Position numbers and translations under genes: made by a program. From Candidatus Bathyarchaeia archaeon (lineage in GTDB: Archaea > Thermoproteota > CALKCG01 > B24), in the NCBI GenBank assembly GCA_038870975.1, contig JAVZJD010000002.1, forward strand, positions 544,001 to 608,000: a DNA stretch of 64,000 nt, given 5' to 3'. Position 1 is the first letter of the stretch, and each line of letters begins with the position of its first letter. The notes under the pieces are model-generated. The model ran no database searches. It worked only from the letters and a program-made list of their open reading frames with translations, and was not told where the DNA came from. This document shows, piece by piece, positions 1 through 8,848 of the stretch.

Positions 1-368
1 CCATGACTATTAACACTTTACAGCCTGAACTCTTCATGTTCTTCAGCCGGAATGTGAAAATACCGCCTACTGAGGAATTTGTTGAGAAACAGGTTGCTGA
101 GCAGGGTTTAATTCCAACCATTCCCAATGAGGCTTTCACATATGGATATATGGATGAGGACCGCTACATGGTGGACTGCTTCATCAATGGGAGGAGGCCT
201 AGGGAGGACTGGACGGATGGATTATTGATAGTTCAATTGATGATGGCGTGTTATATGTCTGCAGAGCAGGGTAAAAAAGTGAAGTTTAACCCTGAAGTTT
301 TAAGAGGATTCATACCAGCGGTTGCAAAAGGACTTTGGAAGCCTAAGACTCTGGCTGAGGCTCCGTAA
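1..368 (+). CDS. Gfo/Idh/MocA-family oxidoreductase, C-terminal part (truncated by window start)
   Basis: C-terminal pattern GY..EDRYMVDCF..G..P..DW.DG..IVQLMMACYMSAEQGKKV is typical of Gfo/Idh/MocA C-termini. Confidence 0.65.
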   Translation, partial: MTINTLQPELFMFFSRNVKIPPTEEFVEKQVAEQGLIPTIPNEAFTYGYMDEDRYMVDCFINGRRPREDWTDGLLIVQLMMACYMSAEQGKKVKFNPEVLRGFIPAVAKGLWKPKTLAEAP

Positions 369-549
369 CTTCTTCGACAGAAATTATTTCTATCTCCGTC
401 CTTTTCAATTTATGACGACTCCCAAATTCAGAGTATATCTTTTCAACTGCATGCTCTGGCTTTAAGGCTCTAACTTCTTTAACAAACCTCGATTTTTGAA
501 AACCCATTGAAAATCTTCCTACTACGCGGAAGACTTTAACTTCAGCCAT
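343..549 (-). CDS. rpl18a: 50S ribosomal protein L18a/L20e (LX)
   Basis: MAEVKVFRVVG...EKIYSEFGSRHKLKR motif; start moved to the ATG at 549. Confidence 0.92.
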   Translation of the reverse strand: MAEVKVFRVVGRFSMGFQKSRFVKEVRALKPEHAVEKIYSEFGSRHKLKRTEIEIISVEEVTEPQPES

Positions 550-879
550 AGGATCACCCGTGTTTAATGTATGCAATACTGTCCTATGGATGCTGGAGAT
601 ATTAAATCTATTAACGTTAGCTTAAAGTTTTCTACATACCGTATTAAGGATTCCTATGCCGGAAAAATGGTAATGGAATAACTTGCGAATTAATGAACTG
701 ATGAAGAATTCTCTGACTTGGAATAACTATCAGAAGAACTTAAGATTTTTTCCATTCCATAAACGTGTTAAAGCAACATCCAGACTATGACAAACCCACA
801 GTAGTAGAATTAAATAAAAATTACCCGTACTACTACGTGGAGTATAGGGTCTGTTTCTTCCTTCTTAACCTATGGATTT

Positions 880-1357
880 TATTTAAAACACTTTCACACG
901 TGACTGGAATAAGAATTAAGCCATAAAGAGATTTAGTATATTTTAATGGCCATGATGTAAGTACTTCGAAGAAGTTACACCTATTTGAACTTTAAACATG
1001 ATTTAGGGATTGCTTTTTCCTATTCTCTTCCAAACAACGTTAATCCATATTTCTTACAGCATCTAAGCTTAATAATCCGAGATTAAAGGAAAATAACACT
1101 CCATCTGCTCAGGCATTAAAAGCCGACTATGGAGCATCATAAGACAAAGGAGGTATCATACATGTTAAGGAAATGCTTAGGCATGAAAACGTCCAGAACA
1201 TCATGATCTACAATAACGTATTGAAAATGTCTTATTCCAACAGCCTAACGACGAATTCCACTATAAAACGGCTTCAACGATAGAAGCCTCCAAACTTATA
1301 GAGACGGGATTTGAGTATGTAATGACTTCCAACAAGATGCCTAGGGGACGTAAGTAA
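880..1357 (+). pseudogene. Decayed tyrosine recombinase/integrase
   Basis: Frameshifted fragments read TGIRI ... ASKLNNPRL / ITLHLLRH*KPTMEHHKTKE / HVKEMLRHENVQNIMIY / LFQQPNDEFHYKTASTIEASKLIETGFEYV...RK*. These match the R, HxxR, LGH and Y motifs and the C-terminal tail of archaeal integrases. The 5' boundary is approximate. Confidence 0.8.
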
Positions 1358-1366
1358 AGCATTCAC

Positions 1367-2029
1367 TTACAGTGAAAAACATCTGCTTATAGCCATAAGT
1401 TCACTACCTGAAGTTCCTCTCCCCACGACCCCGCCCTTTTGATTTACGATTAAACCTAGTTTCACATAGGGTATCCCATTCATCACTGTTCCAGTATGAA
1501 CAGGTACGTCTAGAAAGTCTTCTATCAGGAGGGTTTCGTCTTGTCTTATTTTTGGATGGGCGTAAACGGCTCTATTTGAAGCTACTGCTGAAGAACCGAC
1601 ATAGGGTAGATTAGCTATCGTTGAGCGTTTAACTTTGACGCTTAAAACCTCTTCAATGACACGGATCACCTCTTCAGGCATCTGAGGGTCTACTATTGCG
1701 GCTTTATCATTCGCCAAAGTTCTATTGCCTAGAGATATGAAGGTTTGTATGGAGGCGGCTTTAACGCCAAGCCTTTCACGTATCAGCTCAGCCTCATGCT
1801 CACAACCGAAGGGTAATACTACTCCATTAGAGTTTGCTGCTGATAAAGCACCTAGAAGTTTAGACCCTCTAATCCTTAGACTTAGGGCTTTATCTACTTT
1901 AAAACATCTCTTGAGAAACTCCACTTTGTTTTCACTCATACCACTTGGGACAAGTAGAAACTCATCTGTAGCTATTATAAAGAGACCTATGTTTGGATTA
2001 CCTAAATACTGAAAGTATTGGAGAGACAC
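1367..2029 (-). CDS. eif6: Translation initiation factor 6 (aIF6)
   Basis: GNPNIGLF, ANSNG, ANDK and TGTV..G motifs; conserved position after rpl31e. Confidence 0.92.
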   Translation of the reverse strand: MSLQYFQYLGNPNIGLFIIATDEFLLVPSGMSENKVEFLKRCFKVDKALSLRIRGSKLLGALSAANSNGVVLPFGCEHEAELIRERLGVKAASIQTFISLGNRTLANDKAAIVDPQMPEEVIRVIEEVLSVKVKRSTIANLPYVGSSAVASNRAVYAHPKIRQDETLLIEDFLDVPVHTGTVMNGIPYVKLGLIVNQKGGVVGRGTSGSELMAISRCFSL

Positions 2030-2110
2030 ATAACTATTCTTGGATAGTTCAATTATTAAAACGTTAAATCTACGTTTACGGAAAATAGGGAGCGTGTTTG
2101 TACGTTAAAT

Positions 2111-2377
2111 TTAGCCAGCTGATTTAAGAATATAGTTATCTTCTTTTTTCTCAACTTTTACCTTGATAGTCCTAGGTGGTTTTTTCAAACCTCTAGACCA
2201 TATTAGTGCATTTAAGCTTTCATCAATCTTTATGCTATCTATGCTTGTCTTAAGATGTCTAGCAGCTTGTTCTCTAAGGAGCCTTATAGCTTTAGATGTT
2301 CGAGCATACCCTGAATAGTCCCAGACTCTCCTAAGATTTATGGAGATTACCCTCTCTTCAGAAGCGGATCCACTCAA
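2111..2377 (-). CDS. rpl31e: 50S ribosomal protein L31e
   Basis: ERVISINLRR...LNALIWSRG..KPP. Confidence 0.95.
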   Translation of the reverse strand: MSGSASEERVISINLRRVWDYSGYARTSKAIRLLREQAARHLKTSIDSIKIDESLNALIWSRGLKKPPRTIKVKVEKKEDNYILKSAG

Positions 2378-2391
2378 ATAATATACCTCCG

Positions 2392-2547
2392 TTAAAGTTT
2401 AAGTTTAACTACCCTCCAATTCCTCCGCTTAGGACTTGTACGAACCCTGCCTTTGGTTCTGAGGTAAACCCACGGTGGAACTGGTCTGTTTTGTTTTAAA
2501 GCTCTACCAAGTCTCCTCTTTTTACCAGCAGGTTTATGAGTTGCCAA
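2392..2547 (-). CDS. rpl39e: 50S ribosomal protein L39e (missed by the ORF track)
   Basis: Hand translation from TTG: MATHKPAGKKRRLGRALKQNRPVPPWVYLRTKGRVRTSPKRRNWRVVKLKL*. Confidence 0.96.
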   Translation of the reverse strand: MATHKPAGKKRRLGRALKQNRPVPPWVYLRTKGRVRTSPKRRNWRVVKLKL

Positions 2548-2549
2548 CT

Positions 2550-2888
2550 TTAAATCCTCCTAATTCTTATCTCCCTCCTCTGAGAATCTTGAAGTTTAAT
2601 TAATATACGTTTAAGCATTTCATCCGTTATGGGTGGTTCTATGCGTCCAGATTGAACCGCTTGTATAAGCTCATTTTCCAATCTTTCAACAAAGTCAGGT
2701 TTAACAATTTTAAGATTTGACAGTCTCTGCCTAGCGTCAGGGGTGAGAATAGTTCTTAACACGGCTTGTTTTTCAGCTTCATACCTCTTCTTAGCTTCAG
2801 TAATTCTACGTTCTTCTTCAAGCTTCTTCTGAAGCTCTAAAAGTTTTCTACGTTTAAGTTCTTCAAGTTCAAGGTCTTCAGCCACCAT
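2550..2888 (-). CDS. PDCD5-family DNA-binding protein
   Basis: ILTPDARQRLSNLKIVKP motif; canonical position between rps19e and rpl39e. Confidence 0.92.
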   Translation of the reverse strand: MVAEDLELEELKRRKLLELQKKLEEERRITEAKKRYEAEKQAVLRTILTPDARQRLSNLKIVKPDFVERLENELIQAVQSGRIEPPITDEMLKRILIKLQDSQRREIRIRRI

Positions 2889-2900
2889 TTTCCACCTCCC

Positions 2901-3350
2901 TCAGGCTGAGGAGGCTACACCACCCCTATACCTTTTCACTATGTCTGTAGCTAAAGAATCAAGAAAACTTACAGCTTTAGATGTGAGATGCCTCCCCTTC
3001 CTATCAACCTTATGAACTAAGCCAGATTTCTCAAGTTGTTGTAGAATCTTCCTTATATGGTTACGACCAGCTTTCCTAAAATGGGGAGGCCTACGCCTCC
3101 CCCTCTTTCTACCCCCATATTCCGTAGCAAGCCGAGAAACCCCTAGAGGCCCTTTAATATACAGTTTACGAAGAATGGAGGCTGCTCTGACATACCACCA
3201 GTCTGAATCTACGGGAACCCTCTCTTTAAAGCAACCTGTTTTAACAAACATAGCCCATGGTGGAGGGATTACCTCAGGAAAGTTTTCTTTAAGTTCCTCA
3301 GCTAGTCTTTTAATCAATACGTCAGCCGGTACATCGTAAACCGTCACCAA
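2901..3350 (-). CDS. rps19e: 30S ribosomal protein S19e
   Basis: TVYDVPAD, PPWA.FVKTG, WWYVRAASILRK. Confidence 0.97.
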   Translation of the reverse strand: MVTVYDVPADVLIKRLAEELKENFPEVIPPPWAMFVKTGCFKERVPVDSDWWYVRAASILRKLYIKGPLGVSRLATEYGGRKRGRRRPPHFRKAGRNHIRKILQQLEKSGLVHKVDRKGRHLTSKAVSFLDSLATDIVKRYRGGVASSA

Positions 3351-3422
3351 TAATTACACCTCTGAGTGAAGCTAAATTAGACTGTTGTTTTTCAGGGAGA
3401 AAAGATAATCACATGGTTTAAT

Positions 3423-4346
3423 TTAAACCTTTATTAAACTTTTAACCTCATCCCATGCTTGTTTAAGTACTTCAACCCCTTTATGAAATAGTGAAACTTC
3501 CTCCTCGTTTAAATCCCATTCAACTATCTCATCGACTTCGAGAACACCTGGTTTAAATGGAACACCTATACTTAATCCTTCTACTCCATACTCTCCATCC
3601 AATACTAGAGACGCTAAGCTCAGAGAGCTCCCACCTCTAAGCAGAGCTTCTATTAAGGCTACCGTATGACTTGCAGGAGCATATACGGTTGCACCCTTCT
3701 TAGAAATTACGTCTAAAGCGGCACCTCTAAGCTCTTCGGAGATGCTACTCCTCTCTTCGGCAGATAATGCTACTGGTTTACTCATGACCTTAAGTTTACT
3801 GAATAGTGGAACTTGATTGTTTCCATGCTCACCTATCACGTATCCTTCAATACAACTAGGTTTAACACCGAACCGTCTAGATACTATCAGTCTAAACCTA
3901 GCCGAATCCAATAGGCTTGAACTCCCTAAAACTTTAAACCTATCCAATCCAATAATCTTCCAGGCTAAAAAATTCATAGTATCCACTGGGTTTGTAACAG
4001 TTACTATAAGTCCTTTAAAGCCGATTGATTTAAGCCTTTTAGCAATATCCGCTACTATATGAGCGTTTATAGATAATAGTTCGAGCCGACTTTTCATACT
4101 TGGCGTTCTAGGCTTACCAGCCGTTATAACGACTATATCCGAATCTGCAATATCTTCATAATCTCCAGCTTTAACCTCTACGTCGGATATGGAGGGGGAG
4201 GATTGTGCAATATCCATAGCCTGACCTTCAGCTAGAGGCTTAACCACGTCGAGTAGTACAAGCTCATCTGCGAGGTTTTTAACGGCCAATTCAAACGCTA
4301 TACAAGAGCCTAAATTACCTACACCTATAATAGCTATTTTAACCAT
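3423..4346 (-). CDS. mdh: LDH-like malate dehydrogenase family protein
   Basis: GVGNLG Rossmann motif, ITAGKPR..SR, TNPVD, LDSARF, catalytic GEHG; start moved to MVKIA. Confidence 0.8.
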   Translation of the reverse strand: MVKIAIIGVGNLGSCIAFELAVKNLADELVLLDVVKPLAEGQAMDIAQSSPSISDVEVKAGDYEDIADSDIVVITAGKPRTPSMKSRLELLSINAHIVADIAKRLKSIGFKGLIVTVTNPVDTMNFLAWKIIGLDRFKVLGSSSLLDSARFRLIVSRRFGVKPSCIEGYVIGEHGNNQVPLFSKLKVMSKPVALSAEERSSISEELRGAALDVISKKGATVYAPASHTVALIEALLRGGSSLSLASLVLDGEYGVEGLSIGVPFKPGVLEVDEIVEWDLNEEEVSLFHKGVEVLKQAWDEVKSLIKV

Positions 4347-4408
4347 AATGGACCAACTCCGCTTTAAAAGCCCATTCCATTCAATAGAAATAGCAACATC
4401 AACTTTAT

Positions 4409-5728
4409 TCACTTTACTGTCGTAATAGTGAATATACTTTTAGGTGGAATGTAAAAGAATATACCATGGTATGGGTAGTTTTCAGTCTTTAAATTTAACT
4501 CTCCAACTTTTACACAATTCTCCTCTTCAGTGGTTCTGTAGTAAGATAACTTTTTGCTTCCAATCCCCAAGTAACCACCTTCCACGAAGCCATTAAGGTA
4601 TAAGTGTTCATAGGAGAGGTTCATCCCAACTATGGTCAATTCTTCTCTTCCATCGTCGGTAAATGCTAAAATCCTCACTTTCTCAGAGTCTACATTGGCG
4701 TTTACTCTGAGAAAACCTGGTCTAACGAATCTATACACCTGCTTAGCCGCGTAGTATCTTTTCTTTGGAGTAAAGATTCTCCGCCCCACTCTTAATAATC
4801 CATATATGGTCCAAGCTTCATCATGATCGTGGTAATTGTCGAATGCATCCCAAAATATGGCGCCGTTGAAACCAGCATCTAAAATGTTGAAAAGCCTGTA
4901 CGTAGTTATCCATGCAACATACCACTCTATTTCTCCCGACTGGTCTAAATCACCATATTCCCCCATCCAAATGCTACAATTGCCACAGAGACTTTTTCTC
5001 ACAGTATCGACAAACTTTCTGAGAACCTCTACAGGAATGTTGGAGTACATATGCATAGATATTACACCTATTCTATCAGCTATCGCTGGATTATTTATCA
5101 GGTACTTCACGTATTCAGTATTAAAAGATGCTTGTTCAGGAACAACGAACTTAACATCTTCTAACCCCTCTCTAAAAACGTCATCTAATACAGTAATAAC
5201 CTTCGTAAAATCCCCCGGTTCCACTTTCGGACCTTCCGGAGGACCAATATCCGTCTCATTTAAAGGACCAAACAGTGAAAATCTAATACCTTCCCTATGT
5301 CTTGCCCAACTTACAAATGAACGCATCATTTCCGCGAAATAACCATACTCAATCAAAGTTTTACCATCGCTAGTCATCCAAGAAGGAACTATTCCACTAG
5401 CAGCAATATAAGGCATTATCCCCCTCTCATTTAGATACTTCATCATACCCCAGCCATTTCTAAAAATAGTATTCGTATAGATTTTCTGGTAATTTTCTCG
5501 GGTTAAGGAAGCTGTACCTAACGCATTATCGGGATCCACCCAATTGGATTTGCCGTAAACATCAACTCTGAATAGAACAGCACCAAGATCATCTATCAAT
5601 AGATCTACGATTGGCTTTAAAGCACCATTATTCCAGTATTTAGAGTTTATATTCACCCCGAAGCCATCTATCCTCTGATACGTCTTAGATAAATCTACTC
5701 TAAAAGAAACGACTTCCGAGGGCCCCAT
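4409..5728 (-). CDS. Clan GH-A glycoside hydrolase (GH30-like)
   Basis: YQRIDGFG N-terminus, acid/base NE (LNETD), nucleophile WMGEYG, C-terminal RFVRPG and P.KSI.T beta-sandwich. Confidence 0.7.
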   Translation of the reverse strand: MGPSEVVSFRVDLSKTYQRIDGFGVNINSKYWNNGALKPIVDLLIDDLGAVLFRVDVYGKSNWVDPDNALGTASLTRENYQKIYTNTIFRNGWGMMKYLNERGIMPYIAASGIVPSWMTSDGKTLIEYGYFAEMMRSFVSWARHREGIRFSLFGPLNETDIGPPEGPKVEPGDFTKVITVLDDVFREGLEDVKFVVPEQASFNTEYVKYLINNPAIADRIGVISMHMYSNIPVEVLRKFVDTVRKSLCGNCSIWMGEYGDLDQSGEIEWYVAWITTYRLFNILDAGFNGAIFWDAFDNYHDHDEAWTIYGLLRVGRRIFTPKKRYYAAKQVYRFVRPGFLRVNANVDSEKVRILAFTDDGREELTIVGMNLSYEHLYLNGFVEGGYLGIGSKKLSYYRTTEEENCVKVGELNLKTENYPYHGIFFYIPPKSIFTITTVK

Positions 5729-5917
5729 AGTAAAATCTATAAACTTTTTGCTTTTAAAGTCTTCTCGGCTTTGTAGAACGGGTTCTTTAAATCTTAAAGT
5801 TTCTTTGAAGAATTTAGCATCTTATGCTATTCTAGCTTCTAGACCACTTTAAACCTTCCATATCAATTCTATTAACATTTGAATCTGCTTTTATCCTACG
5901 GTTTAGAAGGTGGTTTT

Positions 5918-6594
5918 ATGAGTTTGGTTGGTAAGTGCATTAGGCTTGGTAGGATTTTTAACAAGAAAACTGGTAGAACCGTCGTCGTGATTATGGATCA
6001 TGGTGTTGACTTGGGGCCGTTGGAGGATTTGGAGGATCCTGGTGAGGCTCTTTCTAGGGTTTTAAGCGGCGATTTTAAGCCAGACGCCATACTTATGAAT
6101 CCCTCTATGATAAGGTTGAAGGGGAATGAAAACTCTGAGAAGATTGGACGTATTACACAGGAGTGTGAAAAGTGAGGTATGCCCTATATTGTTGAAGCGC
6201 TGCCACATGAAATAGTTGAACACCGCTTCAAGCTCAAGGCCAAGTGGAGGTGGCCTGAGCCTGAGCACGTTAAATTCGTGGATAGGGTTGCTGCGGGGCT
6301 TGGAGCAGACGTCGTAAAATCCTACTATACTGGCGATCCAGATACGTTTAAAGAGGTTGTTAAATGTTGCCCAGTCCCAATAATAGTGTTAATGTTAAGC
6401 AACTCCAGTATTGAAGACTGAAGGGGCTACTGCAGATAGTCAGAGATGTAATAGACGTAGGGGCTAAAGGTGTAATAATGGGTAGAAACGTATGGGGATA
6501 TAGAAGCCCAGTAGCCATGGTCAAAGCACTAGTAAAAATAGTACATGAAAACTATAGTGTAGAAGAAGCGTTGAAATTTCTAGCGACCACTTAA
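5918..6594 (+). pseudogene. Class I (DhnA/LsrF-type) aldolase pseudogene
   Basis: MDHGV..GP start, internal deletion after MIRLKG, in-frame TGA in [19 protein letters not shown] (Schiff-base Lys), and a frameshift near 6415 into GAKGVIMGRNVWG...*. Confidence 0.88.
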
Positions 6595-6769
6595 CGTGGA
6601 AATGTTCGCCTTGTAGTTCACATTTACTACTCCCTCCATCAATTTTAGAAGAATAATGGCAGGTATGAAGGGCTAAATTAACATTCAAAGTACTCGTAGC
6701 ATAATGCCTATGGAAACATGATGATGTAAAAATTTAAATGATTTGAAACTGTCTCAAAGAATGACTTGC

Positions 6770-8122
6770 ATGATAGATGTTAAAATTAGTATTATTGGTG
6801 CTGGTAGTGCGACGTTTTCACTTGCCCTAATTAAAGACCTATGTCTTACGCCGAATCTTGAGGGAAGTACGGTTAGTTTAATGGATATAAATAAAGAGAG
6901 GCTTGATGCTGTTTACCTGCTTTGTAAAAGATATGCAGATGAAATGGGTATTAAATTGAATATTGAAGCTACCTTGGATAGGAGGGGGTCGTTAAGGGAT
7001 GCGGATTTTGTAGTAAATACTGCTCTCGTCGTTGGCTATAGTGGTTATAGGGCTGGATGGTCCATAGGATTTAAACATGGCTATAGGTTTGGTGGAAGCT
7101 ACCACATAATGCATGATGAAGGTTTTTGGATAAACTTCTACCAGTTTAGACTATTCGAATCTATAATAGACGATATGCTGGAAATATGTCCAGATGCATG
7201 GTATATTCAACTCGCAAACCCAGTTTTAGCCGGGGTAACCTACTTAGGACGAAAATATCCAAAGTTGAAGCTCGTCGGCTTATGTCACGGTTTTAGTGGA
7301 GTATACCATTTAGCAGATGTCTTAGGGTTTAAAAGGGAAGATATAACGTTTGAAGCCCCAGGTGTCAACCACTTTATATGGTTAACCAAGTTCTACCATA
7401 AAGGTGAAGATGCATTTCCAAAACTAGACGAATGGGTCGAGAAGGATGCACCCAAATACTGGGAGAACTGTCCTCCTAGTGATGATTTAGGTCCTAAAGC
7501 CGTAGACCTTTACAAAAGGTTCGGCGTTTTCCCTATCGGAGATACGTGTACACCTGGCGGTGGATCGTGGCCTTGGTGGTATCATACAGACGATGAAACT
7601 GAGCGGATGTGGAGGGAAAACCCACGTAAATGGTGGAGCTTCGTACTTGAGCAACCGAAAGAAGATCCTATTGCCAGGCTGATTGAAATAGTGAAAAACC
7701 CAGCTGTTAAAGTTACAAGCATCTTTCCACCGGCGAAGTCTGGTGAGATAATTGTTCCCTTGATAGAGTCCATCGCATGCGACATACCGAGAACGTTCAT
7801 AGTAAACATATTAAATATTGGAGGTTTCGTTCCAGGTGTACCGAGAGATTTTGAAGTAGAGATCCCTGCACTTGTTAGTAGAAGAGGCGTTCAGGGAATT
7901 AGAACCCATGGACTGCCCAAGCCTTTAACAGCATATATATTAAGGGATAGAGTAGCGCCTGTTGAAGTCGAATTGGAGGCGTATGAAGCTGGTAGTAGAG
8001 AGCTACTGCTCCAGTTAATACTTATGGATCCTTGGACGAGGTCAGAAGAGCAGGCTAGAAGCCTTTTAGAAGATATACTTGCTTTACCGCGTCATGAAGA
8101 AATGCGTCAACACTATAAGTAG
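6770..8122 (+). CDS. Family 4 glycoside hydrolase (NAD+/Mn2+-dependent alpha-glycosidase)
   Basis: IIGAGSATF, ANP, GLCHG, GVNHFIW. Confidence 0.92.
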   Translation: MIDVKISIIGAGSATFSLALIKDLCLTPNLEGSTVSLMDINKERLDAVYLLCKRYADEMGIKLNIEATLDRRGSLRDADFVVNTALVVGYSGYRAGWSIGFKHGYRFGGSYHIMHDEGFWINFYQFRLFESIIDDMLEICPDAWYIQLANPVLAGVTYLGRKYPKLKLVGLCHGFSGVYHLADVLGFKREDITFEAPGVNHFIWLTKFYHKGEDAFPKLDEWVEKDAPKYWENCPPSDDLGPKAVDLYKRFGVFPIGDTCTPGGGSWPWWYHTDDETERMWRENPRKWWSFVLEQPKEDPIARLIEIVKNPAVKVTSIFPPAKSGEIIVPLIESIACDIPRTFIVNILNIGGFVPGVPRDFEVEIPALVSRRGVQGIRTHGLPKPLTAYILRDRVAPVEVELEAYEAGSRELLLQLILMDPWTRSEEQARSLLEDILALPRHEEMRQHYK

Positions 8123-8140
8123 ATAGACATGAGGATGTTT

Positions 8141-8212
8141 ATGGGCTATCTGCTGGGCGTAGATGTAGGTACAACCTCCGTTAAATGCGTTCTCTTCAAC
8201 CCAAAAAAGTGA
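8141..8212 (+). pseudogene. N-terminal stub of an FGGY carbohydrate kinase
   Basis: MGYLLGVDVGTTSVKCVLFNPKK* is the FGGY phosphate-1 motif (GxDxGTTSxK) followed at once by a stop; a purine-rich RBS-like sequence lies upstream. Confidence 0.85.
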
Positions 8213-8583
8213 AATTGATAATGTAGGTTGTTAACATCCTTCCACATGCTTTCAAGCATTCCTCTGAGGGACGGCTCCGTGAATAGGGTTAACCTAGCTA
8301 TGCTGACTGGGAAGTTCACGTTATTTTGGAAGTGTCCAATACCATATATGCCAATAACGGAACCTATAATGTACAGCGAAGTAAGCGTAGTAGTGGAGAT
8401 TTTACCCTTAAGCAGATATGCTAACAGTAAAATCGTGATTGCAAATGTTGGTACCATTATTGTTTCATTTGCCAGTCCGAAACTATAACGACAGCCGAAA
8501 ATGCCACCAACTGATAAGTTTAGAAAAAGGCTAACGGTTCCTGCAAATGTCACTACCACCGTCAATACTATTAATAGGACCAT
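8146..8583 (-). CDS. Hydrophobic membrane protein, probably a truncated fragment
   Basis: Three hydrophobic segments; its 3' end is antisense read-through into the kinase stub, suggesting a deletion junction near 8212. Confidence 0.35.
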   Translation of the reverse strand: MVLLIVLTVVVTFAGTVSLFLNLSVGGIFGCRYSFGLANETIMVPTFAITILLLAYLLKGKISTTTLTSLYIIGSVIGIYGIGHFQNNVNFPVSIARLTLFTEPSLRGMLESMWKDVNNLHYQFHFFGLKRTHLTEVVPTSTPSR

Positions 8584-8848
8584 TAAAGAGGGCTTAATCT
8601 TAAACTCTTCAACGGATTTTCCGATACATTCTTACCTATAATCTGTTTCAGACCCTGAAACAATATAAATTTTGTTAAACGCTCTGGATCAACCGTCTCT
8701 CCTTTACAACTTCATAGTGGAAAAAATCTTCTATAGCTTTGAAACTAGGCTTAAGAGTCACTTATGCTTCAAATCGTTTGGTTGAACTTTTATAATATAG
8801 TTTTAAATATAGCTATTCAAGCTAGTAGTTTGACTGTTCATCATACCG

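Noticed and set aside
6718-6760. ATGATGA as a second C/D sRNA
   Set aside because: No properly spaced CTGA D'/D boxes; the region looks like the GH4 promoter
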